A stretch of 64,000 nt of DNA from an uncultured virus (IMG/VR IMGVR_UViG_3300035698_035315) (IMGVR_UViG_3300035698_035315:1-64000); one strand, 5' to 3'. Positions 48,069-59,183 are shown, counted from the stretch's first letter. A program made the numbers and translations. The notes: generated from the sequence alone by a model not told the origin.

Positions 48069-48686
48069 ATGGGCGATTTATGTTACATGCTGAAAGACGG
48101 AGAAGAAATACCCGTTGAACCGGCGGGTATTCTTCTTACGTCTGGTTGGTTGCCAGGCACCTGGGTCAAGTATCACCCTGTTGCTCCGGTATTTACTGCT
48201 GGCGCTATAGGTGCTGTTGACCGTTCGGATGGAACTGGCGTGTTGGCTGGATTTTTGATAACAGGTCCACAGCATAAACAGCCAGTCGAGCTTGAGAGTG
48301 ACATGTGGACAACGGATACTCGTCAAAGGGCTGGTGGTTCTACTAAAGCGGATTGGACGGCCATTGATGCCGGGGATACTATTTCGTTTGACAAAGAAGG
48401 TTTGTTGCAGCACATGGGAAGTCGTATTGTTACGATGTATGTGCCTCCTACCGGATTTTTCAAGTTTTATGTATTTGAGACAGAAACAAAGGCTAAGCGT
48501 CATACTGGTGTTGGCGCAGATTTAACATACACACCGGGCGACCCGTTATATGTTAGCGAGAATGGGTTGTTGACTTCTGAAAAGGAAACTGTTAGTCACA
48601 TTTGGTCGGGGTATGTAGTAGCTCGTTATGGTTCCGATTTTGAGGGCAATTTCATCATAGCAGCGGCTGCTACGGCGAAATTTTAA
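48069..48686 (+). CDS. hypothetical beta-rich protein, possibly virion structural
   Basis: 205 aa; YTPGDPLYVSENGLLT resembles a capsid-cement motif. Confidence 0.6.
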   Translation: MGDLCYMLKDGEEIPVEPAGILLTSGWLPGTWVKYHPVAPVFTAGAIGAVDRSDGTGVLAGFLITGPQHKQPVELESDMWTTDTRQRAGGSTKADWTAIDAGDTISFDKEGLLQHMGSRIVTMYVPPTGFFKFYVFETETKAKRHTGVGADLTYTPGDPLYVSENGLLTSEKETVSHIWSGYVVARYGSDFEGNFIIAAAATAKF

Positions 48687-48718
48687 CCGTTTTTTTCAAC
48701 GGTTGACAATATAAGGAG

Positions 48719-49228
48719 GTGGGCATGTCAGACGAAGTTGTTGATGCTAGTTTATTAGGTGCCGCGATGGAAGCAGACAAGAAGCTATCAGATAGGGACA
48801 AAAAAGATACGGGTGGGTTACCTCCTGGCCATCCAGCATTGATAGCTATTGAGGATGCCCAGTTGAGATTTCAATTGCGCCAACAGATGGAGGAAGAACG
48901 AGAGCGAGAGAACATCAAGCATGTAAAGAAGCTGGGTGTTAAGGAAAAGAAGGAAAACCGCAGAAAAGAAGCACAGCAACGGATTGAAAATGATAAGCAG
49001 AACGAAAAGTTAGGCCAAACAGCAAAATTGGTAAATGCCGGGATTGATGGCGTAATTGATTCGATGAACGAGTTTACGGAAAAAATGGAAGAGGCAAAAA
49101 AGATTTTTGAGAAGTGTCCTGCTGTCATGATGCGAATAACTCGATTGGAAAGATTGATGGCTGCTTGTCATAGGGGCATTTTGGAATCGCGGTTACGTCC
49201 GCAACACCTAAGTAGCGTGATAGAATAA
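48719..49228 (+). CDS. coiled-coil hypothetical protein
   Basis: 169-aa charged helical ORF. Confidence 0.65.
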   Translation: MGMSDEVVDASLLGAAMEADKKLSDRDKKDTGGLPPGHPALIAIEDAQLRFQLRQQMEEERERENIKHVKKLGVKEKKENRRKEAQQRIENDKQNEKLGQTAKLVNAGIDGVIDSMNEFTEKMEEAKKIFEKCPAVMMRITRLERLMAACHRGILESRLRPQHLSSVIE

Positions 49229-49235
49229 AGAGGAT

Positions 49236-52200
49236 GTGGATATGGCTAAGCAAAATGATAAAACAGTAGCTGCTTCTGCAGAGGGTGTTGTAAGAGTTCC
49301 GGTAACAGAAGATTACGTAAAGCAACGTATTGCTTCTGTTCAGGCAGTCAAAGCGGGTATGGTAACTCCGGGTGTTACTGTTGGGGCAGTTGATTCTAAC
49401 AGAGCCGTGCAGGCTCGTTTTCTTGAGAAGAATGCTACGGCTACTGCTGCTTATTTTGGCAGTAACGGCGGACGTGGGCGAACAGGCGGCATGATGATGG
49501 ATGCTCTTCCTTCGTTTACTTCTCCTTATGGTACAAATAGTTTACCAGCATATCGCACTTCGTATGCTTCGGGGGCTCAGTCGCAAGGGGGCGCTCGTGA
49601 TATTCCGCCGTATTTTGTGATGATGAATGAGCAAAATGGTGGAATCTTATATTGGCCTGTTACTTTACGTGAGAAATATGATTGGTATAGGTACTTTGCT
49701 CGATGTATCTACTTGTCTGACAACGACTTAGGGCAAATCTTGATGGCAGACGGAACTATCAAGAGTGTAGATGATGTTCAAATTGGCGATGAGGTTATAA
49801 CTGGCTTTGGAACTATTCGCAAGGTCAAAAATAAGTTTGAACGTCGATGTATTGAAGACAAGGCTGTTACCATCAAAGCATGGTGTTTGCAAAACCATCT
49901 CAAAACGACACATCACCATCCATATTGGATTATTCGTAGAGATGTTGTCAAGGATGGAAATGGATACAGGGATAATATTGATTTCAATCCTGAGTGGATA
50001 AATGCTGACAGGGTGAATGTTGGTGATTACGTTTTGATGGCTCCTGTTGCTTCTGACCCTGATAATACGATGACTTCCGGTGAGGCTCGTTTTCTCGGTT
50101 ATTATGCTGCCGAGGGGTCAATTGTGTGGGGCAAGCGTTGTGTTGGGACTGATGTGGATGGTAAGGGATACAAATGGCATCAAGAAAAGATTAAGGTTCC
50201 TGTTGGTGTGGCGTTTACCATCAATGCATCTGAGAAGGATACTTTGGGTAAAGGTATTCTTCGTACTGCTAAGGAAGTATTTGGCATTGACGGTTGTATT
50301 GTCCACGAACGCGGCAATAGTGTAGAAATTGTCGTCAATGGTCGAGAGGTAGGCGAATTCTGTTTTTATCACGTTGGAACGGGAAGCGCAACTAAGAAGT
50401 TGTCTTCTGAACTATTAATGTCTTCTAAGGAAGCACGTCGTGAGTTTTTAGTAGGATATATGGAAGGTGATGGTTGTCAATATGACGAAAAAACAACCAA
50501 TAAAGGCAAGATTGTAATTGGAACTTCTTCTCCAATGCTGGCATCGCAGGTTCAAGTGATGGCAATTGGCGCTGGTATAATGTGTCGTATAGCAAAATAC
50601 GAGCGTTCCAAGACGTGCAAGACAGGATACAAGAGTGATACTGACCAATGGCATATAACAATACCTTCATGGAGTGCTGACAGTTTTATAGCATCTTCTG
50701 ACAAGTGGGATGCTATCGACGGAATAAAGCAAAAGCGCGGCGCTTTCTTTATCAATGGATATGCTGCTTTTAAGGTCAAGGAAGTCACATATTCAGAAGA
50801 AGATGATGTTGTTTATAACATAGAAGTTGATGCAGATGGTGATGAGAAATCGTATATTTGCAATGGAATGGTGACTCACAATACTGATGCATATTGCGGG
50901 CGTGCTCTTGAGCTTTTGACTGATTTACCAATGAGCAAGCTTACTCTCAATATGCCTAAGATGGAGAAGCAATCCAAAAAGAAGAAGCAAGAGATACATG
51001 AGTTCTTTACCTATATGTGTGATGAGTTGAATTTATTTGAGAAGTTACATCAGATACTTTGGGAATTTAACGTCATTGGAAATTGTTTCAAGCCAGATGC
51101 TCTTGTTCACGTTCCCGGTGGCATGATGCCGATAGACAAAGTTCGAGTTAGAGACAAGGTTTTGAATGCCAATGGTGGTTATGATAAGGTCTCAAGAGTG
51201 ATGAGGCGTTGGGTAGATGAGTATTTGGTCGAGATAAAGATAGATAGGCTCACAGGTATTGATTGGCAAGCAACTAAGGAACATCCTGTTCTGGCTCTCA
51301 GAGATGGTGTTGAGCAGTTTGTTGATGCGAAAAACATTTGTAAGGGAGATTATGTCGGAATTGCATTCAACGACAATGTAGAGGACATGATAGAGTATGA
51401 GATTGTGAATGATGTCATCTCTCTTATGTCTGGCATGTTTGACCAGTTGTTGGTTGACCGGTCAGAAGACTCTCTTACGTTATCTGGCAAGATGACTCGT
51501 TTGTTGAGTATTTCAACAAGTGAAGACTTCCTGTATGTATTGGGATATTGGCTTGGGGATGGGTGGCTTTGGTCTACTAAGAATAATGGCCCGTGGGGAT
51601 TCTTGGCATGGGATGTAGTTTTTGATAAGAATTCCATAACTATTGACAAAATACGAGATGCAACGAGGTCGGTCTTTGGAAGTCAACTCAAGGAGAATGA
51701 AGGCGGCTATTGCAATGACAATTTGCTGCACCTGACGGTAAAAGACCCTATTTTTTGTGAGTGGTGGAATCATCATTTTGGTAAAGATTCACAAAGCAAA
51801 AAGATTCCAGCATGGGTAGAGTTGCTTCCGAAGGACAAATTGATATGGCTTCTTCGTGGGATGATAGACAGTGACGGTTGTATTAACAAAGAGAAGAAAA
51901 AGGGTATTGTATCGGCATCAATTACTACCACGAATGAAAAGTTGATGCATCAAGTCTTTCAAATAGGAATTAAATGTGGTATTCCTTTTTCATTCAAGAA
52001 GAATGACGGACGTATGGTCGAAATTGCCAATCATAGACAAAGTATGGGAAGAGACTCGTTTACTGTTTATATTTCTGATGCCGAGAAAACTTCTTCTTTG
52101 ATTCGTGGATGTGCAAAAGAGCTTCCTATTTCTATTGGAAAACCAACCGTTAATCAGAACTACAAGGAGATTGATGGTAGATTCTATTATCGGATTGGTG

Positions 52201-53585
52201 GTGTATCTGAAGTCCCATATCATGGTTGGGTCTACAATCTTGAAGTTGATGGAGACCATACTTATTGTACTGCTCAAGTCCGTCATCATAATTGCTACAT
52301 ATTTCATGAGTGGGATGAGAAGTCTAAGAAATGGGATAGGATAGTTATACTTCCTCCTGAAGAGGTTGCAGTATTTCAGTATCCATTTTCTGATATTGCT
52401 CGTGTAGAGTATAAGCCTGAGCGTTTAATGCAGTTACTTGAGTCTTCGGAGGATATGCAAACATCTGAAATGGATGATTTGTCTCGTGAGATTGTGTTGA
52501 ACACTCCAGATGAAATCAAGAAGATGGTTAGAAAGAACGGGGCTATCATAATGGACACTGATCCAACAAGTGGGTCTTTTGTTCATCACATGGCTCGGAT
52601 GCGGTCCCCATACATGGATTTGGGCGTATCTGTTCTTGAGCGAGTTTTGATACCGATGCTCATGAAAGAGCATTACAGGTATACGCAGTTATCGTTAGCA
52701 AGTCGTAATATGACACCGAAGAACAAGATACAGGCTCCGATGTTGACGGGGGATCAGCTTGAGGATTTACGGACTCAGATAGACCTTTCGTATTTAGACC
52801 CTGAGTATTCTATTGTTACGAATTACGAATGGGATTGGGAGCAAATTGGTGCTGACGCAAGATTGCTTGATTTGTCGCGTGAGTATGAGGTAATTGAGAG
52901 TCAGGTTTTTGCAGGCTTAGGAGTAACTCGCGAGCTTTTGACTGGCGAAGGTTCGTATAGTGGCAATCGTATAACAGTTGAAATTCTCAACACAATGTTT
53001 CTCATTGTTCGTGAGGTATTACAAGAGTATGTTGAGCACAAGTTGTTCAAGCCTGTTGCCGAGGCACATGGCTGGTATGAAGAGGGCAAGAATGGCGTAA
53101 AGAAGTATTGGTATCCTAGACTTGGGTTCAACCGGCTTACGATTCGTGACAATCAGGAAGTATTTGACAGTCTTTTTCAGTTGTATCAGAAGGGCAGTTT
53201 ACCTGTTGATATCATCTATGAATTGTTCAATCTTGATCCTGATTCCATTCACGAGAAGATTTACGAAGACTTGTTTACCGTAAAGGACCCCACTTTCAAT
53301 CGTGCAGTAGAGAACATCAATGATGATACTGGCCGCGCTCTTGTAGAGCGTAGTGATGTTGTTGACAGGGTTGGTAAATATCTTGGATTGAAAGTAAAGC
53401 CACCTGAAGGTGAAGAAGATGGCGGATTTGGTGATTTTGGTGGCGGATTTGGCGATGAAGAGGGCGGTGATGGTGGTTTAGAAGCTGAAGCTGAAGAATT
53501 GGCATCGACCATTTCAGAGGAATTACCAGCAGACTCTTCTGATGAGGAAATTGAAGAAGTAGTTGATTCGGTTTTAGAGGAGTAA
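49236..53585 (+). CDS. portal protein with two inteins
   Basis: Spliced exteins read YRYFAR|TDAYCGRALEL..EFNVIGN|CYIF..GVSVLER..AGLGVTRELLTG, a portal-like pattern; acidic tail; lies in the head cluster. Confidence 0.8.
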   Translation: MDMAKQNDKTVAASAEGVVRVPVTEDYVKQRIASVQAVKAGMVTPGVTVGAVDSNRAVQARFLEKNATATAAYFGSNGGRGRTGGMMMDALPSFTSPYGTNSLPAYRTSYASGAQSQGGARDIPPYFVMMNEQNGGILYWPVTLREKYDWYRYFARCIYLSDNDLGQILMADGTIKSVDDVQIGDEVITGFGTIRKVKNKFERRCIEDKAVTIKAWCLQNHLKTTHHHPYWIIRRDVVKDGNGYRDNIDFNPEWINADRVNVGDYVLMAPVASDPDNTMTSGEARFLGYYAAEGSIVWGKRCVGTDVDGKGYKWHQEKIKVPVGVAFTINASEKDTLGKGILRTAKEVFGIDGCIVHERGNSVEIVVNGREVGEFCFYHVGTGSATKKLSSELLMSSKEARREFLVGYMEGDGCQYDEKTTNKGKIVIGTSSPMLASQVQVMAIGAGIMCRIAKYERSKTCKTGYKSDTDQWHITIPSWSADSFIASSDKWDAIDGIKQKRGAFFINGYAAFKVKEVTYSEEDDVVYNIEVDADGDEKSYICNGMVTHNTDAYCGRALELLTDLPMSKLTLNMPKMEKQSKKKKQEIHEFFTYMCDELNLFEKLHQILWEFNVIGNCFKPDALVHVPGGMMPIDKVRVRDKVLNANGGYDKVSRVMRRWVDEYLVEIKIDRLTGIDWQATKEHPVLALRDGVEQFVDAKNICKGDYVGIAFNDNVEDMIEYEIVNDVISLMSGMFDQLLVDRSEDSLTLSGKMTRLLSISTSEDFLYVLGYWLGDGWLWSTKNNGPWGFLAWDVVFDKNSITIDKIRDATRSVFGSQLKENEGGYCNDNLLHLTVKDPIFCEWWNHHFGKDSQSKKIPAWVELLPKDKLIWLLRGMIDSDGCINKEKKKGIVSASITTTNEKLMHQVFQIGIKCGIPFSFKKNDGRMVEIANHRQSMGRDSFTVYISDAEKTSSLIRGCAKELPISIGKPTVNQNYKEIDGRFYYRIGGVSEVPYHGWVYNLEVDGDHTYCTAQVRHHNCYIFHEWDEKSKKWDRIVILPPEEVAVFQYPFSDIARVEYKPERLMQLLESSEDMQTSEMDDLSREIVLNTPDEIKKMVRKNGAIIMDTDPTSGSFVHHMARMRSPYMDLGVSVLERVLIPMLMKEHYRYTQLSLASRNMTPKNKIQAPMLTGDQLEDLRTQIDLSYLDPEYSIVTNYEWDWEQIGADARLLDLSREYEVIESQVFAGLGVTRELLTGEGSYSGNRITVEILNTMFLIVREVLQEYVEHKLFKPVAEAHGWYEEGKNGVKKYWYPRLGFNRLTIRDNQEVFDSLFQLYQKGSLPVDIIYELFNLDPDSIHEKIYEDLFTVKDPTFNRAVENINDDTGRALVERSDVVDRVGKYLGLKVKPPEGEEDGGFGDFGGGFGDEEGGDGGLEAEAEELASTISEELPADSSDEEIEEVVDSVLEE
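49704..50882 (+). mobile_element. portal intein 1 (393 aa, LAGLIDADG)
   Basis: R|CIYL..TTHHHPY..FLGYYAAEG..FLVGYMEGDG..VTHN|T. Confidence 0.92.
51084..52292 (+). mobile_element. portal intein 2 (403 aa, LAGLIDADG)
   Basis: GN|CFKP..ATKEHPV..VLGYWLGDG..LLRGMIDSDG..RHHN|C. Confidence 0.93.
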
Positions 53586-53589
53586 TCTG

Positions 53590-55455
53590 ATGAGAATGGA
53601 AGCTAGGATGTTGATTCGACTGGCTATGCTTGAGCATGGTATTATTGCTCAAGACGAACAGTCTGTCGAAGAAAAAGACAAGCAACCGCCAGTTGAAGAA
53701 TCCGAAGAGAAGCAGTCAGAGGGGGATGAAAAATCTGATGATTCGGGTTCATCTGAATCCGAAGTTGACAAACAATCTGAATTCAAAAAACTCGTTATTG
53801 ACAAAGTAAAAGAGAAGTTGCAGTCGAATGGAAAAGCAGAAGATATAGTAATTGTTTCTTCTGATAGTTCCAAGGTTTCCAAGGTTGCTAAAGACATTGG
53901 TCTCAATATGGAAGTGACTGAGGACAATGTTCATGACGTGCTATATTCTCTTGGCGAAATGATGGACGAAGAGGCGCCCGGCGATGAAGAGGAAAAAGCA
54001 GAAGAACGTGAAAAGCCAAACAAGATGACAGAAGAGGAGGCGGAAGAGGCGGAGAGGTCTGATGATAACCAGTCTGATAAAAAACAGTCTGAAGAAGAGA
54101 CAGAGAATTCTGACACAGAACCAGTTAAGAAGAAAGACAATTCAAAGAGTAACAAGATTGAGAAGGAAGTAAAAGAAAAGGCAGAGGATGTCAAGGAGAA
54201 GGCTGAAGATGTGGCAAAGGCGATGAATACAGAAGATGTAGTTGAGCTTTTCAATCGTGTAGTTGAAATGGTCACACTTTTGATAAAAGCTAATCCTCCC
54301 CGTATTCGTCGTAAGTCGTCTGATAACGCATATATGGAAAATGTTATAGACCGAATGGCAGATCGATATCTACGAGTAGCTACTCAGCTTGTAGTGGCTG
54401 CGGATAAAGATATTCCAGAAGGATATGAATTGCATGTTTTTGAGAAAGGTCCTGACGAAGGAAAAAAGATATACAGAACAAAGAAGCAGGTGAAGGGCGA
54501 ATATCATTATGCTCCGGTTGAGGGTGAGAAGTATAGTGTTGACCGTTTCAAGAAAAAGAAAGAAGAGCCAGGAACAGAGAAGCCTGTTGAGAAACAATTT
54601 GAATCTTTTGGTAATGCTGATTCGGTAGGTACGGCCAAATGGCACAATTCAGAAGAGCCTTTGGATGTTGAGAATGAAGGATTGATGGCGAAACGTGGTT
54701 TTACAAAGATAGAGCCTGATTCGATTCAATTGGATGATGATATGCAGGTTGCTGATATCAAGACAGGGAAAATTTATCGTTTTGGCGATTTACCCCAGGA
54801 GTTTCAAGATAGAATAAAGTCTATTGTGGCTACAAAAGGTGCATGGAGGGCTCCTACGGATGCTGTTCTATCAAAAAAGCCAAATGAAGAATCTGAGAAG
54901 CCCAAAGCAGAGTCGGAAAAGCCCAAAGTAGAATCGAAAAAGATAGATAAAGCCAAGAGTAGTGTAGGTGAAATTGGCAAGGTCAAAGATTTCAAAGAGC
55001 TGATTAGCAAGTTCAATGCAATTTTGAAGGATACTGGGGTAGATGAGGGATTTGCCAAGTTTATGCAATCCTATGTTTACAATTTACCAGAAAGTGAAAT
55101 GGCACATTTACAAGGCAAGACTACACGGGAAATAATGGAATTGGTTATGAGTGAAATGTTGGACGGATATGCTTCCACAAAGGCTGCCTCAATGCGCTCT
55201 GCTGCAATAGCTGAAAGATTAGCAGAAGATTTGATTGCATTGAGTCTTGTTCGTCAAGCTGTTCGAGGATTACAGGTAAAACGTAAAGACAAGGACACAA
55301 TGAGCGACACAGGTGGTAGTAGTAAAGGGCGACAGCGAGAACCTGAAATTAAGCCGCCTCGTGATGACTTGAAAAAGCATTTTCGTAAGAAGCGTAAACG
55401 TCCCGGCGAGATGGATAAGGATGTAGATTGCGACCCAGATAAGCGGCCAGACTGA
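53590..55455 (+). CDS. highly charged protein, possibly head-internal or scaffold-like
   Basis: 621 aa E/K/D-rich; follows the portal gene. Confidence 0.65.
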   Translation: MRMEARMLIRLAMLEHGIIAQDEQSVEEKDKQPPVEESEEKQSEGDEKSDDSGSSESEVDKQSEFKKLVIDKVKEKLQSNGKAEDIVIVSSDSSKVSKVAKDIGLNMEVTEDNVHDVLYSLGEMMDEEAPGDEEEKAEEREKPNKMTEEEAEEAERSDDNQSDKKQSEEETENSDTEPVKKKDNSKSNKIEKEVKEKAEDVKEKAEDVAKAMNTEDVVELFNRVVEMVTLLIKANPPRIRRKSSDNAYMENVIDRMADRYLRVATQLVVAADKDIPEGYELHVFEKGPDEGKKIYRTKKQVKGEYHYAPVEGEKYSVDRFKKKKEEPGTEKPVEKQFESFGNADSVGTAKWHNSEEPLDVENEGLMAKRGFTKIEPDSIQLDDDMQVADIKTGKIYRFGDLPQEFQDRIKSIVATKGAWRAPTDAVLSKKPNEESEKPKAESEKPKVESKKIDKAKSSVGEIGKVKDFKELISKFNAILKDTGVDEGFAKFMQSYVYNLPESEMAHLQGKTTREIMELVMSEMLDGYASTKAASMRSAAIAERLAEDLIALSLVRQAVRGLQVKRKDKDTMSDTGGSSKGRQREPEIKPPRDDLKKHFRKKRKRPGEMDKDVDCDPDKRPD

Positions 55456-55484
55456 GGCGAGGCCACAAGAACCGAGGACATAAG

Positions 55485-55742
55485 ATGAAAAGAGAAAGGA
55501 TAGCAAAGATGGTTGATCGTATTGCACAGGATGAAGAAAGCAAGCCTTTGATGAATGTTGATCAGGCGATAGATAACATGGTAGCTGCAATAGTGACTAT
55601 TGATGAGAATCTTTCGGCCATTGATACCGAAACTCCAGCACAGAAAAAAGCCCTTGTGACTGTTCGGGATTTAGTAGAAACGGCAGTAGCCCCATACACG
55701 GCTGACATTATCAAAGCCATGGAGGCTTTTGAAACGGGGTAG
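55485..55742 (+). CDS. hypothetical helical protein
   Basis: GAGGA SD; MKRERIAKMVDRIA. Confidence 0.65.
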   Translation: MKRERIAKMVDRIAQDEESKPLMNVDQAIDNMVAAIVTIDENLSAIDTETPAQKKALVTVRDLVETAVAPYTADIIKAMEAFETG

Positions 55743-56135
55743 ATGATGGCTAATAATACAGGTCTTGATACTGATATTACTCAGAAGACTTTGACGGCTG
55801 CTGATCTTGTTCAAAATGATGAATTGACGTTCCCATATCCTGAAGGTGGTGGGCCACGTCGTGCACCTGGAAATGGTTGCACGGTTTGTGTTCACAAGGG
55901 ATATTGTACGGCTTTGTATTACTTTAGGCGTTACACAAAAGCAGAACCTGACAAGAACAATGGCACGGATTGCAAATCATGGTCTAAGAATCCTAAAGAC
56001 CAAATCAAGAAATGGTCACAGCATGATGTTGATGAAAACATTCGCTTGACTGCGATAGATGGCATTCTCACCGAGCCGAATCGTAATGGAATTGTAGAGC
56101 CTACGACTGGCGCACCTAACAAACCGTTCATGTGA
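55743..56135 (+). CDS. hypothetical protein with CxxC..C..C motif
   Basis: CTVCVHKGYC..C. Confidence 0.65.
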   Translation: MMANNTGLDTDITQKTLTAADLVQNDELTFPYPEGGGPRRAPGNGCTVCVHKGYCTALYYFRRYTKAEPDKNNGTDCKSWSKNPKDQIKKWSQHDVDENIRLTAIDGILTEPNRNGIVEPTTGAPNKPFM

Positions 56136-56145
56136 GAGGGGAATT

Positions 56146-56550
56146 ATGCCTCGTGATATTCAAGAAGTTGTGAAGCGTGGAGTTAATCGGGACGATTTTA
56201 TTCGTGGCGTTGAGTCAAAAGCATCGCGCAGGCGTCCTACTCGCACAAGAGTAAAGGTTAAAGGGACATTATTTGCGATACGAAACAAGCGTTTGGCAAT
56301 ACGTGAGGCGGCATTACGTAAAGTTCAAATAGCGTTCACTTACAAAAAGATTACTACGAACAAGTCCAAAAAGTACATTGTGGCTCCGTATGAATTCAAA
56401 TATCGTCGTCTAAAGATAGGTGTGCGTAAGATGTTGTATGCTTATGATATGGAAGCAAAACATATCAAGTCGTTTGCTTTGAAGAACATTCGAAATGTAG
56501 CTCTTACTGATAGGAAGTTTCGACCGAAATGGCCCATTTTGATTACTTGA
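56146..56550 (+). CDS. WYL-domain protein
   Basis: IAFTY..VAPY..LYAYD..IKSFALKNIRNVALTDRKF. Confidence 0.7.
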   Translation: MPRDIQEVVKRGVNRDDFIRGVESKASRRRPTRTRVKVKGTLFAIRNKRLAIREAALRKVQIAFTYKKITTNKSKKYIVAPYEFKYRRLKIGVRKMLYAYDMEAKHIKSFALKNIRNVALTDRKFRPKWPILIT

Positions 56551-56622
56551 TATAGTCAAAAGTTCACAATTCTTTTATATTTAGGTTTGTAGTAGAGAAA
56601 AAAAGTTAATGGAGGCTTACTG

Positions 56623-57405
56623 ATGAAACGACGTGGAAGCTCATTTTATAGGTCGGAAGTTGCTCCAATGTTCCAACAATTTAGTGTTGGCGACATTGTG
56701 ACGCCGCTCTTTTTGGACACTTACCCGGTCGTTCATGGGACGATTGTTGATGTGCGGCCCAAAGAGGCCAAGATTTATGTAGCGTGGAATAATGGTCCTA
56801 TAAAACAACATGACCCTGATGAGATACAGGTTGTGCCTTTTGAGGCTCGCCGGGTATCACGAGTTGTCAAGAAAAGCAAAGATTTGAAGTCTGAAGACAA
56901 GTATGTTGGTGATCCCAAGACGCATGGAATTGATAAGCCCCGTGGCGGCGGCTTTTCGATATTACAAGATTTAGCTGATGACTTACATGAAGAGAGTTAT
57001 GAAGAGGCCCAAAAGCAGACTAAAGAAATTGAGAAAGAATTGAAGAATCGTCGTGGGAGCAGATTAGGCGAAACTCTTCTCGAAAAGTCTACGACTTGGC
57101 ATGAAGATGGTTCAGTAGAAAAGAAAGTAAGGATGTGGGAAGACGATTACGACTATGATGGTGATGAATACGATGATGAAGACGATGAAGATGAGGTTTT
57201 TGAGGTTAGTGATTTGCGTCGTGCTGTTTATCATAATGAACGTGGTAGAATATACAGGCGGACTCGTCTTGAAGGTGATTCAAGCGTGTTGATATGTCCA
57301 CGTTGCAAGAGTGATGGCTTAGAATTACAGCCATTTACGAAAAGCGTGAAGATATACATTTGTCCTGAATGTGGATGGAAAATTACAACTGACAAGCTTA
57401 TATAG
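56623..57405 (+). CDS. modular protein: SH3-like N-terminus, C-terminal Zn ribbon
   Basis: FSVGDIV..VAW; CPRC..CPECG; GGAGG SD. Confidence 0.7.
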   Translation: MKRRGSSFYRSEVAPMFQQFSVGDIVTPLFLDTYPVVHGTIVDVRPKEAKIYVAWNNGPIKQHDPDEIQVVPFEARRVSRVVKKSKDLKSEDKYVGDPKTHGIDKPRGGGFSILQDLADDLHEESYEEAQKQTKEIEKELKNRRGSRLGETLLEKSTTWHEDGSVEKKVRMWEDDYDYDGDEYDDEDDEDEVFEVSDLRRAVYHNERGRIYRRTRLEGDSSVLICPRCKSDGLELQPFTKSVKIYICPECGWKITTDKLI

Positions 57406-57414
57406 GAGAATCTG

Positions 57415-57807
57415 ATGAACGAGAAAAGAGTAGCAAAAAAACTGCTTAGATTAGCAAAAGAGTGTTTGGGTGTAAGTCTGAGTGATGAAGCTAGTGAATT
57501 ATTATTATACATAAATAACGATGCTCAATTGTACAGACAACAATTTATTCCGATAGTAAAGAATTTGATGCTCAAGCGCGCGAAGGGCATCTATGATAGT
57601 CTTAAGGCTGTGAAGTTGTTTATGTATTTGGTAGATGCTGGTGCCAAGAAGTATATTAAGGAATTTGGTTCGCCAGGTGATAGTATGCGCAGTATGTTTC
57701 CCAAGTCTGTGCGTCTTAAAGTTGCCGAAGAGTTGCGTGATGACTTTGAGGATGAGGCAGACCTTGGGAATTGGGACGATTTCATTCCTGCGAAGTATCA
57801 GGTATAA
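57415..57807 (+). CDS. leader-motif protein
   Basis: AGGAG SD; MNEKRVAKKLLRLAK; ELLLYINNDAQLY. Confidence 0.75.
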   Translation: MNEKRVAKKLLRLAKECLGVSLSDEASELLLYINNDAQLYRQQFIPIVKNLMLKRAKGIYDSLKAVKLFMYLVDAGAKKYIKEFGSPGDSMRSMFPKSVRLKVAEELRDDFEDEADLGNWDDFIPAKYQV

Positions 57808-57827
57808 AATCATAAAAGGATTTGTTG

Positions 57828-59168
57828 ATGAGGACAGCTTCAATTGAGATGCGTGAAGAAAGGGGCCAGTTGATTGTAACTGGTCCTTTTATAGAGATGA
57901 GAGAAGTATTCCCTAAGTTGAAAAGCAGGGGATTCAAGTATAATAGTTCGGACAAGAGTTGGCGCATAGAGAAGTCACAGTTGACTGCTCGCAAGTTGAA
58001 GAATTTAGACAAATTATTGGACAATAGCAGGAATGAGACATTAGTTCAAATGGCGTCAGCGAAGGATGTTTTGGACAAGCTAGATGGCTTACAGTTTTTT
58101 CGTGTTGAGTATAATGGCAAAAAGGGATTTGCCATTCATGGCAATGTTTTTGATTTCAAAGAAATTGTCAAGAAAGCTGGGGGGCGCTGGAATAGGGGTG
58201 CTTCAAGATATGATTTTGAGTACTATAATTTTGACGTAGACAAATTAGAATTGGTAGTAGACAAGATACTCAAGGCAGAGAAAGATTCAAAGCGTTTACG
58301 GTCGGAAATACGCGGCAAGTTGGACAACAAGGATTTTGGGATAGTTTCTACGCATTTACGTGATTCGTATTTGTATATTATGTCAACATCCAAGAAGTAT
58401 CGTGATATCATCAAGCAACATTTTCCAAAAGCTCGTTGGAAATTGCCTTATTGGATGATAAAAGTCTCTGATATTGAGTATACTAACGTAGACAAGTTCA
58501 TAAAGAAAGTCAATGAATTAGAAGAATCATCGTTTCAAGACAAGTCTAAGCCGAAGAAAGACAAGAAGCGTTCTACTTCGGCAGATTATTCATGGTCTGT
58601 CGGTGAGGGTTATGGTGGTAAGTCTTACAAGCGTGGCACTGTTGTGGTAGCTCCTCTTTCTGATCAGAAAAAAGGATGGCCTAAGTATTTGTATATTTTG
58701 AAGACTGAGAGTACATATTTTAGGGAAGATGGTATGAGTTTTGGCGTTGGGGATGATAGTGGTAAGTTATTTTATTATTCTGCTAGGGCGGCCACTCCTG
58801 AAGAGGCTCAGCCTTTGATAGATGAGTCAACTGAAAGGGCAAGCAAGTCAAAGGCTTTGAAGGAATTGAAAGATATTGGGCTTGATATACGCAAAAAAGG
58901 TCGTTGTCCTAAAGTTATGGTAAAGCCAAAGGGTAACAAATACGTATTGAATAGCAATTTGATACCTTATGGTGGCGGTTCATGGTTTGTAGTAGATAGT
59001 GGAGTGGTGTGGTATGTGGTGAATAATGGCAGTGATGGGGATAATTGGGATTTAAACAATGTTCAAACTGGTGGTGCTGGCGCTATTGGGCATCGTATTA
59101 GAGATAGATTTATAGCACAAAGAGTAGAGTATTTGGCTGGTATTATGGGCATCAAACCGAGCAAGTAG
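57828..59168 (+). CDS. hypothetical protein with DUF5710-like repeats
   Basis: LKSRGFKYNSSDKSW, VKKAGGRWN, PKARWK. Confidence 0.65.
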   Translation: MRTASIEMREERGQLIVTGPFIEMREVFPKLKSRGFKYNSSDKSWRIEKSQLTARKLKNLDKLLDNSRNETLVQMASAKDVLDKLDGLQFFRVEYNGKKGFAIHGNVFDFKEIVKKAGGRWNRGASRYDFEYYNFDVDKLELVVDKILKAEKDSKRLRSEIRGKLDNKDFGIVSTHLRDSYLYIMSTSKKYRDIIKQHFPKARWKLPYWMIKVSDIEYTNVDKFIKKVNELEESSFQDKSKPKKDKKRSTSADYSWSVGEGYGGKSYKRGTVVVAPLSDQKKGWPKYLYILKTESTYFREDGMSFGVGDDSGKLFYYSARAATPEEAQPLIDESTERASKSKALKELKDIGLDIRKKGRCPKVMVKPKGNKYVLNSNLIPYGGGSWFVVDSGVVWYVVNNGSDGDNWDLNNVQTGGAGAIGHRIRDRFIAQRVEYLAGIMGIKPSK

Positions 59169-59183
59169 ACTTTTGGGGTTGAT

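Noticed and set aside
36810..55745. In-frame TAG-ATG junctions (36812/36813 and 55742/55743) as readthrough fusions
   Set aside because: Each downstream ORF starts with its own ATG; tight gene packing explains them
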